A DNA stretch of 64,000 nucleotides from an uncultured delta proteobacterium (GTDB lineage: Bacteria; Desulfobacterota; Binatia; UBA9968). Under the pieces are notes generated by a model that did not search any database, was not told the DNA's origin, and worked only from the letters and a program-made list of their open reading frames with translations. This document shows positions 9,627 to 20,325 of this stretch, piece after piece. Made by a program: the position numbers and the translations under genes. Position 1 is the first letter of the stretch. Every line of letters begins with the position of its first letter. The stretch lies in NCBI GenBank assembly GCA_963755715.1, contig CAVWLW010000064.1, positions 96,001 through 160,000 on the forward strand, written 5' to 3'.

Positions 9627-10707
9627 TTATTGCACGATCGACGGCAATAAATCGCGCGCCAGAACCGTGATCGCTTCCTCATAGTCGGGGCCGAGCTTAG
9701 CCAAGCAAATTTGATCGAAGCCGTACTCTTGCGCGTAAGCGCACATTTCTTCGAGCGGTTTGACGCAGTCGCGCGGCGTGCCGGCAATGAAACCGATGTC
9801 GACCATCGCATCGGAGATCAGCGCCGAGACCTGCTCGATCGTGCCGCCCGCCTCGAAGGCCTGCTTAATTTGAATCACGGTCTCGCGCTCAACCCCTAAA
9901 GCCTGAAACTCTTCGTTCGAGAATCCCATCGCTTCGAGCACGACGAGCATATGGGCGATGTATCGCTTCGGAAAACTTCTCGCCTTTTGGTAATCGCTGG
10001 AGATCGAAATATTGATTTCGCAGACCTTTCGTAACTTCGTTTGGCGACCCGCATCTTTTCTTCCACGCTCGGTTTTTTCCAGCAGTCCGGCGAGCCTGCC
10101 GCTATGCACGAGCGGTTTGAAGAAGCCGCCGATCAGCACACCATCCATCACGCGGCCGGCGATCTCCATAATTCGCGGGCCGTTGCCGCCGCAATAAAAT
10201 AAAATCGGCGACTTCGGAGCAAAGCCCAATTGAATGCTGGAATTCGGGCGCAGGTTGAAGAACTCCGACAGCGACAGGATAGTCGCCGTATCTAACCGTA
10301 TCGCCGCGCAGAAGGCCCTTCATACATTCGACGGTCTCTTTCACCATGGCGATCGGTTTGACCATGTGGATTTGGTTGCCGGCTTGCGCGTAATCGCCGC
10401 GCGCGATACCCACGCTGATCTCACGACCGTCCATCAACTCCGACAGCGACGCGAAAGCATCGGCGGTATCCACTGGATTTCTGAAATACGGCACCAAAAT
10501 CGCAGTGCCGAGCTTGATCGGCACCTTCGACGCGATCGCGGTCAAAAGAACAAAAATATTTCTGTGGCCGAGATTGTCGTTGATCCAAAGCTGTGAAAAC
10601 TTATTGCGCTGAGCGTGCGCCGCGAGCTCGACCCATTGAGGTATGGAATAGTGCTTTGCGAGATGGGTCGTAAACTGTAAACCCACTTCACCCCGGTAAA
10701 CCGCCAT
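9627..10707 (-). CDS. LLM-class oxidoreductase, Mer-like, paralog of 6105-7184 (frameshift at about 10272)
   Basis: FSQLWINDNL, KLGTAILVPYFRNP, GGNGPRIMEIAGRVMDG, IAGTPRDC. Removing one base restores PVLSEFFNLRP, which aligns to the paralog PVLASYFHM. Confidence 0.85.
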
Positions 10708-10807
10708 GCAAGCCTCCGTTTCTCTTATTCAACAGCGAAGGTCGGTGAAGGAACTAAATCTCGTGCCATGCGACCTAGATTAAATGCTCATCGAGCAGAG
10801 ATAGCGC

Positions 10808-11569
10808 TTACGCGCCGACGACGGCGCCGATCTTCTTTAGTTTCAACCTCAGCTCGTAGCGAAACAGGTCGCTTCGGTAGAAGCCCGCGGTCCGCATGAT
10901 CAGGCGTTTTTTGTAGAAATGGTCCCGCTCGACGTAGAGAACGGGAGATCCCTGCGGAATATCGAGATGTGAGGAGACCTCGTCGTCCGACAGCTTTGCT
11001 TCCACGATGTGCTTCACGTCACTGATCTTGATGCGCAAGGAGCTTTCAATAACGGTGGACAGCGGTATGGTTTTCATGCCCTTGATCCGCACTTGAGCGG
11101 CAATTCGTGAAGGCAGGTAGGAAATGACATAGGCAAGCGGCCGGCGGTGCGCCAACCGGATGCGTTCGATTTTCCTGACTCTCTCGCTTACTGCCAAGCC
11201 GAAGTCGCGGCGGAGCTCGAGCGACGGCTCAATGTCTTCCAAGTTAAGCACCTTGAAGCTTGTGCCTTCCGCATCAACCGGCGCCAGATCTTCGGTTTCA
11301 ACCTCGAGCTGAACCGATTTTTTGAGCGGCCCCTTCCAACTGACGAAGGTTCCTTTGCGCCACTCGCGCGTCAACAATTTTTCCTGACATAGCTGCGCCA
11401 GTGCTTGGCGAACGGTGATGACGCTCACGCCAAGCTGACGGGCCAGCTCGATCTCTCCGGGAAGACGATGGCCGTAACCCCACGTTCCGGACAGGATGTC
11501 GTCGCGGATGCGCATCATCACTTTGAAATACAAAGGCACCGGGGAGGCGGTTCGTTTGGCTAGGCGCAT
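10808..11569 (-). CDS. GntR-family (HutC/UTRA) transcriptional regulator
   Basis: PLYFKV...I..DILSG...GHRLPGEIELARQLGVSVITVRQAL...KGTFV winged helix; C-terminal UTRA domain ending YRSDLFRY. Confidence 0.92.
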   Translation of the reverse strand: MRLAKRTASPVPLYFKVMMRIRDDILSGTWGYGHRLPGEIELARQLGVSVITVRQALAQLCQEKLLTREWRKGTFVSWKGPLKKSVQLEVETEDLAPVDAEGTSFKVLNLEDIEPSLELRRDFGLAVSERVRKIERIRLAHRRPLAYVISYLPSRIAAQVRIKGMKTIPLSTVIESSLRIKISDVKHIVEAKLSDDEVSSHLDIPQGSPVLYVERDHFYKKRLIMRTAGFYRSDLFRYELRLKLKKIGAVVGA

Positions 11570-11707
11570 ATTGACTACGTTTATGTTTAGGAGTAGATCA
11601 ACCTCGATAGAATTACAAGCCTTCGCCGACGCCGCTCGATCCACCCAGTGCGATAGAGATCAGCGAAGACTCGGTAGCAATTTCACAAAACGAGCATCGG
11701 AGGTCCC

Positions 11708-12403
11708 ATGGCACAGGCAGCCAAAGCATCACCGTCGCAACCAGCCGCTATAAACCCCACCGTCCAAACGCTGATGAGCGTGATCCAAAAACGCCGCAGC
11801 GTGCGAGTTTACAAAAGCGGCAAAGTTAGCGACGCGCAACTGAGTACGATTCTCGAAGCGGCGCGATGGGCGCCCTCGGGAGCCAACACGCAACCCTGGG
11901 AATTCGTCGTGACGCGGGACCGCAAAAAAATGAAGCGCATCCGCGAGATTTACGATAACGAGTGGCGCCAGAGAAAACGCGAAGATCCCGTCAACTACAA
12001 AGGACTCAAGAAAGATTACGTCGGCGACGTTAGCGTTATCGTGCTCGCTTGCGGCGATCCGAGGACCAAAGCGGTTTACTTAACCACTCGCCAACAAGCA
12101 GACCGCGAGAAACTATTTCAGGCGAGCATGGCCAATGCCGTGCAACAAATGATGCTGGCCGCGGCGAGCATGAATCTCGGCACGGTGTGGGTTTCCGTGC
12201 GCGAAGAGGTGGAGCCGGAGTTAAGAAAACTTTTTCAAGTGCCCGAGCCGCTGCGTCTCTTATGGGTGGTGCCGATCGGCCATGCGCGTAGTTGGCCCAA
12301 GGCCAAGCCGCGGCGAGCTGTTTGGGATTTTGCCCATATGGAAGTTTACGATTCAAAAAAGTTGAGACCGGACTCGGAGATCCGACCTTGGCCGAAAAAC
12401 TGA
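11708..12403 (+). CDS. Nitroreductase family protein
   Basis: KRRSVRVY, ILEAARWAPSGANTQPWEFVV, MMLAAASMNLGTVW and PIGH motifs. Confidence 0.92.
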   Translation: MAQAAKASPSQPAAINPTVQTLMSVIQKRRSVRVYKSGKVSDAQLSTILEAARWAPSGANTQPWEFVVTRDRKKMKRIREIYDNEWRQRKREDPVNYKGLKKDYVGDVSVIVLACGDPRTKAVYLTTRQQADREKLFQASMANAVQQMMLAAASMNLGTVWVSVREEVEPELRKLFQVPEPLRLLWVVPIGHARSWPKAKPRRAVWDFAHMEVYDSKKLRPDSEIRPWPKN

Positions 12404-12576
12404 TTTGATCGTGATGGGGCGCTCAAATACCGGCCAAATCTTTTTTAGATTTCCACGTCCGGCCGGCATTATTAGTGGCATGATAATCAGCAACATTATC
12501 GGGCGCTCGTTTCGGAATCAGAACTGATTAAAAAACCAAGTTGAAATTAGTCCGTAAGTCCCCAAAAGGAGGCGTC

Positions 12577-13552
12577 ATGATTCGAACGCGCATTTGCGAT
12601 CTGCTCGGCATCCCCCATCCGATCGTATTGGGCGGCATGGGCAACGCGACCACCGCGCCGCTGGTCGCCGCGGTCTCCAATGCGGGAGGCTTCGGCACAC
12701 TCGGCACCTCCGCCTTCGACGCCTCGACCCTCGATCGCGAGATCGCCTCAATCCACGAGCGCACCGAGAAACCGTTCGGCATCAATCATCTGTTGTTTCA
12801 GATTCAGGAAAATATGTTCGCGGTCACGCTGGCCGCGAGGCCGACGCTTATCGCCTTCGCCTGGGCGCGCAAAGACCAGAATCTGCGCGACTACGTTCAG
12901 CGCGCCCACGACGCGGGATGCAAGGTCATGTACTCGGCCGGCGAAGTTGCCGAAGCTTTGCGCGCCGCTGAAGCGGGCGCCGACGTCTTGGTAGCGCAAG
13001 GGACGGAAGCCGGCGGCCACGTCGGTTGGATGGCGTCGTTGCCGCTCGTACCGATGATGGTCAAAGCCCTCGCGCCCCTGCCGGTGCTTTGCGCCGGCGG
13101 CATCGCCGACGGCCGCGGCCTCGCGGGGGCGCTTGCGCTCGGCGCCGAAGGCGTGTTGCTCGGCACGCGTTTCCTCGCCACCCACGAATCGCCGCTCCAT
13201 GCGAATTTTAAACAAGCGATCGTCGATAGCGACGGCCACGACACCGTGCTGACCGAGATCCCCGATCTCGCCAGCCAACGCGTCTGGCCCGGCGCCATGT
13301 CCCGCGCGCAAGCGCAATAAATTTATCGAACGCTGGGCGGGACGGGAGTGGGCCATCCGTCAAAACGCAACCGAAATCGGCAAAGAGTTAGCCAAAGCGC
13401 GCGCCGCCGGCGATATCGACAACGCCTCGCTCTCTTTCGGCCAAGACGCGGGCCTGATCGACTCGATCAAAAGCGTGAAAGAGGTAATCGAAGAGATCAT
13501 CGCCGAAGCCGAGGCGATCATGAGAGGCCGACTGCAAACGCTTTTGCGATAA
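12577..13552 (+). CDS. Nitronate monooxygenase / FabK-like flavoprotein (frameshift at about 13309)
   Basis: TRICDLLGIPHPIVLGGM, AQGTEAGGH, AGGIADGRG, GTRF. The +1 frame continues RNKFIERW...FGQDAGLI...IIAEA to TAA 13552. Confidence 0.88.
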
Positions 13553-13697
13553 CGCCCGTTTCGGCGCATCGGCAGCCCGCGCTACAAGAGCCCTACCCGA
13601 GCCTTATGCACCGCGTTCGTGTTTAGTCAATGAACGCGATGACGATGCACGACAGTTTGAGCAAAGTATCTTGAGTGCTTACAGCCCAAGGCTGTGG

Positions 13698-14324
13698 CTA
13701 CGAATTCCGCGGCGGAATCGGCTCCTTATAAACCATATCGACGTCCATCTTTTGATACGCCGCAACGAAACCGCTTTTATATTCGTGGCCGCAATAGTGC
13801 GCCGGCTTGAGCTTGTCCCATATCAGGTAGCCGTTGGCATCAGTGCAGCCCTTGTCGACTGACGCCGCGACGACTCTGCCAACGATCATGACGCGGTGCA
13901 GCCACTGCTTGGTCCATTCGACTTGGCACTCGAAATGACTGTGGCACTCGGCGATGCGCGGCGGTTTGACGACTTTGGAAGCAATCGCCGTCAGCCCGGC
14001 TTTTTCCAATTCGTTGACGCGCGGCGGGAATTCCAAGCCCACGACTCGGACCTTTTCCAGAATCTCGCGCTCGAAGGGCGGCACGTTAACGACGAACTCG
14101 CCGGTGGCAAGAACGTTGTTGCAAGTATCCTTCGTCGCACCGACGGTGAACGCAATAAACACCGGATCGTGGCACACGCGGACGCAAGTGCCAAAGGACG
14201 CCGCGTTGATCCGCCCCTCGCGGTCCGCCGTGGTGATCATGACCAGGCACGCGCTCGGCGCAAAAAGCCGGTCCCAATGCTCGCTCGGCACGTCGATTTT
14301 ATTAGCGGAATCTAACTCGCTCAT
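13698..14324 (-). CDS. Flavin reductase family protein (DIM6/NTAB-like)
   Basis: ITT...G.INAASF, KDTCNNVLATGEFVVN, GLT...SKVVKPPRIAEC..HFEC motifs. Confidence 0.88.
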   Translation of the reverse strand: MSELDSANKIDVPSEHWDRLFAPSACLVMITTADREGRINAASFGTCVRVCHDPVFIAFTVGATKDTCNNVLATGEFVVNVPPFEREILEKVRVVGLEFPPRVNELEKAGLTAIASKVVKPPRIAECHSHFECQVEWTKQWLHRVMIVGRVVAASVDKGCTDANGYLIWDKLKPAHYCGHEYKSGFVAAYQKMDVDMVYKEPIPPRNS

Positions 14325-14760
14325 TTCCTCGCCTCCTTCCTGTTCTCAATGGCATAGCGAAAGGAATCCGCTCCGTCAACGGAAGAGCTCCTGCCTTTGA
14401 AGACTCAAGAAGCGAGGGCCGACATAAATATTTTTCAACATCCAGTTCGGACTTGAATTCCCGTTGGTTGACTGGATCGCCTCTGATACGTTCCCGACGA
14501 AAATTATCATGGAAGTGAGCATGGAAAAGGCCCGTTGTCGCCGCAGGCATGATTTGGCTGGAGGATTTTGCTTTCGAGGTTACGGCGTGCGGTGATATTC
14601 TTGATGACTCGATGGTCCGACGGTGTCAGGATATTTCAGGTCACGTAATGTAATTGGATCATCTAAGAGTAGCAATCAGGGACCGCAACTGAAATCAGCT
14701 GGCGTGGAAAAAAAGCAGGCGAGAAATTTGCCTAACAGCAAGCTACCGGCTTGCGAGTAA

Positions 14761-15612
14761 TCACGGATCGCCGGTGGTGGGGCATGCTGGAGCGGCAATT
14801 TCTTTGAGGAAACCTAAGGTTCGTTCCCTGACATTTGCCCTCGGTAGGAAATGGCCGTGATCCGGGTACAGCACGAGGCGGTGATCCGTTCCGCCCGCCT
14901 TTAGCCAATCCCTAAGCAAAATGGCTTGGCTCACCGGTATTAACTTATCCTGCTCGCCATGAAGGATAAGCGTTGGCGCGCGCCATCTCGATCCCTGACC
15001 AAGAAGGCTGAAGAGCTTGGGATTGGCGTCATGGTTCGGGTTGAGTATCTGCCGCACCCAGAAGCTCGGCGTCTCCCGGTAGAGCTTGTCGAGATCATAC
15101 GCGCCAGAGTAAAGTACCGCCCCGCTTACCCCTTCCACATCGTTTAACATTGCCGCCGCAACAATCGCCCCGCGCGAAACTCCGTAAAAAAATACGCGGC
15201 GTTTATCGACCCATCGAAGTTGCGTGGCGAACGCGAGACCGTCCTTCACGGCCTGGCGGGTGATTTCCTCAATCGATCCTTCAGCAACATCAGTCGAACC
15301 GTAACCCGGCAGCGAAATCGCCACGCTCGCGAAGCAAATCTCACTTGCGAGAGCTTCCGCGGTTGACAGAACCTGTTCGGCGCCTCGACCTCTGATGCTA
15401 TGGCCATGCAGCAGGATGACCAAAGGAAACGGGCCCGCCCCGCGCGGCCGGGCGACATAAGCTTCGATATTGCCCCGAGCGCTTGGGTAAAAGAAGCGGA
15501 CGGTTTGCTCAGCTTCGAGTGCGCCTACCTGCTCATAGGGCACCACTCGAACGCTGTTACAAGCGAAAAGAAACAGCAGGGATAGCGCGATGAGTCCGCT
15601 TTTATATCGCAT
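14761..15612 (-). CDS. Alpha/beta hydrolase (S9/prolyl oligopeptidase-like), lipoprotein
   Basis: Lipobox LFAC; GPFPLVILLHG; nucleophile GVSRG; PTLILHGEQD; YPDHGH. Confidence 0.85.
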   Translation of the reverse strand: MRYKSGLIALSLLFLFACNSVRVVPYEQVGALEAEQTVRFFYPSARGNIEAYVARPRGAGPFPLVILLHGHSIRGRGAEQVLSTAEALASEICFASVAISLPGYGSTDVAEGSIEEITRQAVKDGLAFATQLRWVDKRRVFFYGVSRGAIVAAAMLNDVEGVSGAVLYSGAYDLDKLYRETPSFWVRQILNPNHDANPKLFSLLGQGSRWRAPTLILHGEQDKLIPVSQAILLRDWLKAGGTDHRLVLYPDHGHFLPRANVRERTLGFLKEIAAPACPTTGDP

Positions 15613-15837
15613 CCCTGGGAATTAACATTCCCGCCGTGAAATTCAAGCCGCTCGAATCGTCCGTCGTTATGTCAGCGCTTCTAGATTTTAGGCATTCCCT
15701 TGCAGGCTCGACACTTTAAGGAGTCACTCTCGCCGAACGTCGATGTGACTTTTGGGCGATGTTATGAATTTGCGAAGAGAAAGTACGATGGGTCGAAATG
15801 AAAAACGAAGCGCGGCAAATAGCCACCCGTGTCGTCG

Positions 15838-16798
15838 TTATTTTGCTTTGAGAGATGACGATACTTCTTTTACGAAGCGACCAATCGACGATTTTTTCCA
15901 TAGGGACACCAGCGGGAACTTCCGCCATGCTCGCAACATTTTTTAAGCCTCTCTCGGTCGGCAGTCCACTATCAGGCCAGATGTCCCTTAATCTATCATA
16001 GGCTTTTTGCGCCATTTCCAAATTTTCCAGCCCGATGAAATCTTTCAGCAGTGGAACCACCTCGTCGCGGCGCGATTTAGTAAAGGCAATTCCTTTGAGA
16101 GCGCCGGCAAGAACTTTTTTTACTTGATCGGGTTTTTCGCGCAGCAGGTCATTGTTAACGATAATACCAAGGAGCGGGAATTCCAAAATATCTTTAAGAT
16201 AAACAAGCGGCCTAAAGCCGTCCTTCTCGAGGTATATTTCAAGAGGAGTCATCAACATCGCGGCGTCGACATTGCCCGCTTTGAGCCCCGCCAGGCTGGT
16301 TCGCGCGTCTCCTAAACTGGCGGTCCTCACTTCATTCGGATCAATTTTGAACTTGTCCAGGATCATCAGCAATTCGCGATGGACTGTCCCTCCCGGCTGG
16401 CTGATCGCCACCACGCGGCCGCGTAGCTGCCCCGGCGAAGTGATCTCAGGTTTGACGACCAGAACATGATGAGTTTTATCGGTAAATACCATAACGAGTC
16501 GCGCCGGCAGGCCGCGCGCGATCGCCGTCAGCGAAGATCCTGTTTGCGTGATGTAGCCGATCTGCTTTGACGCCAGAGCGGCAAGAGACGTGCGCGCTTG
16601 CATATAAACAGGCAACAACTCGAGACCTTGCTCGCGGAACAGTCCCTTTTTCCAGGCGACGTATAATGGGAACCAAGTTGCTGAGTTTGTCGAAACGCCA
16701 ATGTGGATAGGCGTCAATGTCTGGGCGAGGCCGCCGTGGTTGCCGAGTGAAAAAACAACCACGATGAAGCAACAGATAATATGTTTGGCGTGGCGCAT
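15838..16798 (-). CDS. NitT/TauT (SsuA/THI5-like) ABC substrate-binding protein, orphan (C-terminal frameshift at about 15878)
   Basis: PLYVAWKKGLFREQGLE, QLRGRVVAIS, GNVDAAML. Removing one base gives DWSFVKEVSSSLKAK-stop (TAA 15838-15840). Confidence 0.85.
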
Positions 16799-16875
16799 GG
16801 TGCCGCCGTTTCGACGCAATTCTAAAAACTCGATCCGTGCCAATTGACCCGCGGTGTGAACAGGGTCCAACTCAA

Positions 16876-17682
16876 CTACGCAGTACGCGCGGAAAGATCC
16901 AAGAGCAAGCCGTCGGGATCGGCGATTGCAAATTCGCCGATCTTGCAGCCGTCGATGTCTTCTTGTGTGATATGTCCGAATACGCCGCCGGCCAATTCTT
17001 TTGGCGCGGAGCCGGGATTGGCGCGGCCGAATTCATCGAGGTCCTTCTTTACCTCTTCGATGCTCTCCACTGCGTAACCGAAGTGGTCGATGCCTTCCCG
17101 CATGCTCATATACGAGTGATTGCTCGTGCGTCGGATCGCCAGATCGACCGTGCCGTCGGTCACGCAGAACGCGTCTTCATCGTAGAAATTTTTTCCTTCC
17201 TTGAGATCGAACACTTCGTGATAAAACTCGGCAACGCGTTCAGGCTCCGCAGATCGGATCGCGATATGATTGATCTGCCGCGGCTGCTTCCAGCCGTCGT
17301 CTTTGTAACCTTCCTGCACCTTCGGATGCTGCTTCCATGAAATATCGAATTGCGTTCCCGCCGGATCGTGACTTCGAAACACCGCAAAGGCCACTTGCTC
17401 CAAACCTTTGGTGACCAAAACCTTTGGATATTTCTCTTTGAGTCTTTCAAGAATGACGCCGACGTCGTCCACTTCGAAGCCGAAGTGATCGAGGGCGGAA
17501 TGAAAACCAGGGCGTCTGCGCAAAACCGCGAGACCGATCACGCCGTCGCTGATATGGCCGTGATTGGGTTGGTTAAAGCTCTCCGTGATTCGTTTCATGC
17601 CGAACACGGTTTTGTAGAAATTCGCCATTCCAGTTTGATTCTCGGTATACAGCGCCAGATGTCTGATTCGTGCCGACATCAC
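16876..17682 (-). CDS. Two-domain VOC (glyoxalase/extradiol dioxygenase-like) protein
   Basis: Repeated RHLAL/NHIAI, FY..VF, DHFGF/DHFGY and DP.G motifs. Confidence 0.88.
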   Translation of the reverse strand: MMSARIRHLALYTENQTGMANFYKTVFGMKRITESFNQPNHGHISDGVIGLAVLRRRPGFHSALDHFGFEVDDVGVILERLKEKYPKVLVTKGLEQVAFAVFRSHDPAGTQFDISWKQHPKVQEGYKDDGWKQPRQINHIAIRSAEPERVAEFYHEVFDLKEGKNFYDEDAFCVTDGTVDLAIRRTSNHSYMSMREGIDHFGYAVESIEEVKKDLDEFGRANPGSAPKELAGGVFGHITQEDIDGCKIGEFAIADPDGLLLDLSARTA

Positions 17683-17884
17683 TTCTCCCTTCGGTTAGAA
17701 CGCGTGGGTCGTCGCAACTCCACATAACAAAACCAGTCAAGTCGCGTCAACGGGTTTCCCTTCAAAGCCGTCATTCACTCTTGCCACATTTTTCCTGTCG
17801 CATCTTCATTCGCCTACGGATCGTGTGATATAGAGTCGTTCGCCAAACAATGCAGGTCGCGAACCCCGTGAATGTAATCAAGGA

Positions 17885-18574
17885 GTGAACATGAAAAACA
17901 AAGTCTGGATGCCACTGGTCGTTCTGGTGGTGCTGCTTTCATTAAGCTGGATCGCGAGCTCGCAGGAACCAAAAAACAACATGACTTTTTTCATCACCAG
18001 CGTCGGCTCGGGAAAAGGCGCCGACTTGGGCGGGTTGGCGGGCGCGGATAAACATTGCCAAGCCCTCGCGCAAGCGGTTGGCGCCGGCAACCGTACTTGG
18101 CACGCCTACTTGAGCACTAGCGCAGCCGATGGCAAGCCCGCCGTCAACGCGCGCGACCGCATCGGCAAAGGTCCGTGGCAAAACACCAAAGGCGTCGTCA
18201 TTGCGAAAGACGTCGACGATCTGCACAGCAACAACAATAAGATCAACAAAGAAACCGGGCTCAGCGAGAAAGGCGAGACCATCAACGCAAGCGGCGACAA
18301 ACCGAACATGCACGACATCCTCACCGGCTCTCAGCCCGACGGCCGCGCGTTCTCGGGGAGTGAAGACATGACCTGCCACAACTGGACCAGCAGCACCACC
18401 GGCACCGCCATGCTGGGCCACCACAACCGCCAAGGGCAGCGCGACGACGAATCTTCCAGATCGTGGAACTCGTCGCATCCATCCCGCGGCACCGGTACCA
18501 GCGGCGGATGCAGCCAAGAAGGATTACGCAGCTCGGGCGGCAACGGTTTGTTTTACTGCTTCGCGGTAAACTAA
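17885..18574 (+). CDS. Secreted C-type-lectin/endostatin-fold protein (bacterial 'lectin')
   Basis: Signal peptide; FFITS, GADLGGLAGADKHCQALA, TWHAYLS, HDILTGS..DG, TC.NWTS and terminal LFYCFA motifs. Confidence 0.8.
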   Translation: MNMKNKVWMPLVVLVVLLSLSWIASSQEPKNNMTFFITSVGSGKGADLGGLAGADKHCQALAQAVGAGNRTWHAYLSTSAADGKPAVNARDRIGKGPWQNTKGVVIAKDVDDLHSNNNKINKETGLSEKGETINASGDKPNMHDILTGSQPDGRAFSGSEDMTCHNWTSSTTGTAMLGHHNRQGQRDDESSRSWNSSHPSRGTGTSGGCSQEGLRSSGGNGLFYCFAVN

Positions 18575-18699
18575 TCGATTCGGCACGTTCTAGAGGCAAT
18601 ATAATCCGCGAGCGGCTCGCGGGTAAGAACGTTTAAATATTCGGGGACAAACTCAATTTTACCCCAATCACTGCTCTCGCAGGCGAACATCTCGACAAG

Positions 18700-20046
18700 T
18701 TAGAGCGAATCCAGGAATGCTAACAATTGATTTTTCTGCGCCTCGGATAGGGCGTTGTAATTCTTCGTCACCTCTGCCGCCTGCCCGGCATGACGCTGGA
18801 TGGCGTCCTGTTTGGTGAACGACAAGCCATCGTGCATCAACCGATTGCGAGTCCGTAGCGCCCACAACGGGGCAGTTCGGATCTGATTGGCGGTTGTCGC
18901 ATATTCGGGCAAAGGCAGAACGGGTATGCCGTCGCCCGTGCCGATGTTGTGCAACAAGAAATCGCTGTAAGGATGGATGATCTTGTTGCCGAGCGCGGCT
19001 GGCACAGTCAACACACCGCCGTTGATCTTCGCGCCCGGACGCGCCGTGGTGATGGAAGAAGTATGGCAAACGGCGCAGCCAACTTTGTTAAACAACGCTT
19101 CTCCTGCGAGCACGTCAGCCGACAACGGCCCTCGCGGGGGCGCCTTGGTAGAGCGCATAAAGTCAGCGAAGGCCACAACATCCTCACCATCGTCCTCGGG
19201 GTCAGCAACCGGATCATATCCCGAACCCGAACCGACAAAGCGGCCATTGGAGGTGTTCTCATCCGGAAACAAAGGTGTGGTAATACCCATTTCGTTGAGG
19301 TAAGCGTCGGCGGAAAATGATTCTAGGCTGGCATGCTGACCTTTCCAGCCAAAGCGCCCGATGCGGGCACGGCTCCCCGCTTCGAGCACGGGAACCATAA
19401 CGGCGGTACCGCGCATCCCTGCAGGTTGTTTGTCTCGAATCGCAAGCAGAGTGCTATTCGCAATGGCCTCTACGAAGCCGTTGCCAAGGGTATTTGTCGA
19501 GATACGGAAACTCCGGATAGAATCCGCGGGGGTGATTTGCTCGACGATATCAGGATAAGTAGCGCGCGAGTGGATAAGAGTTCCGCCCAGGGATTCAAAG
19601 AACTGACCGTTCTCTGTGCGCCCGGATCGCAGCTCCGCTACCTGGCTGGCGCCTCCTGTGACGACGTTCTGGTGGCACTCTCTACAGCTCTGTGCGTTAT
19701 AGGTGGGACCGAGTCCATCTTGAATCGTCTCAACCTCCTCGAAAATGAAACGGTTATCGTTAAACGAACGGAGCGCTACGACATTGTCCGCATTCAGTGT
19801 TTCGAAAGGAGCCCCTTGCTCAGTGAAGCCGTTGGTCAGGTTGTCAAAACCGGTCGGCGCCTCCGTCGCGTCGCTTTTCGGGTCACCAACGACGGAGCGA
19901 TCTTCGTCTTCCATCACGCCGTTATGACGGAATCGATCTCCGCGGTTCTGGCGGTTTGCTTGAGAGAATACGTTTTGACTTTGCAGAATGAGAAACCCGA
20001 CTAACCCCAGAACCATCAACATCAGAACCATTAATTTTGTGTACAT
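18700..20046 (-). CDS. Di-heme oxidoreductase (DHOR) family protein, exported
   Basis: Two CxxCH motifs (CRECH, CAVCH); DGLGP.YNA.SC, GRFGWK, AY.NEMGIT, YSDFLLH, RTAPLW and MHDG; N-terminal signal. Confidence 0.9.
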   Translation of the reverse strand: MYTKLMVLMLMVLGLVGFLILQSQNVFSQANRQNRGDRFRHNGVMEDEDRSVVGDPKSDATEAPTGFDNLTNGFTEQGAPFETLNADNVVALRSFNDNRFIFEEVETIQDGLGPTYNAQSCRECHQNVVTGGASQVAELRSGRTENGQFFESLGGTLIHSRATYPDIVEQITPADSIRSFRISTNTLGNGFVEAIANSTLLAIRDKQPAGMRGTAVMVPVLEAGSRARIGRFGWKGQHASLESFSADAYLNEMGITTPLFPDENTSNGRFVGSGSGYDPVADPEDDGEDVVAFADFMRSTKAPPRGPLSADVLAGEALFNKVGCAVCHTSSITTARPGAKINGGVLTVPAALGNKIIHPYSDFLLHNIGTGDGIPVLPLPEYATTANQIRTAPLWALRTRNRLMHDGLSFTKQDAIQRHAGQAAEVTKNYNALSEAQKNQLLAFLDSL

Positions 20047-20309
20047 AGTTTCTTTTGCAACGAGCGCCGTGGGCGACGCTCCTCCATCGATCTTTTCATT
20101 AGGCGCTTATTTCCTGCGAAAACTCTTATCGGGTGCGACTGCTCAGCGAGATCAGCGTCTCGCGTGCCCCTTGTGCGATTGCAGCGTCCGTGGACACGTG
20201 CGCTCGGCCGGCGAAAGGCCAGTATAGCTCTAGGTTCACCAGCACTGGCTCACTGGGCGGGTGAGTAGCGGGTGAGTAATACTCTGCACAAAACTTTGTT
20301 CGCGGTGGG

Positions 20310-20325
20310 AGCAATGTGTATGCCA
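20310..20325 (-). promoter_or_regulatory. Sigma54 (-24/-12) promoter upstream of the DHOR gene
   Basis: Minus strand TGGCATACACATTGCT has exact GG-N10-GC spacing and is close to the TGGCAC-N5-TTGCW consensus; oriented toward ATG 20046. Confidence 0.65.

Noticed and set aside
14325-14760. 435-bp intergenic gap as a riboswitch or sRNA, or ORF 14302..14550
   Set aside because: No recognisable riboswitch consensus, strong hairpin or RBS; an Rfam search would be needed.
17885-18574. C-type lectin fold gene as a diversity-generating retroelement target
   Set aside because: No template repeat copy of its 3' end and no reverse transcriptase in the window.
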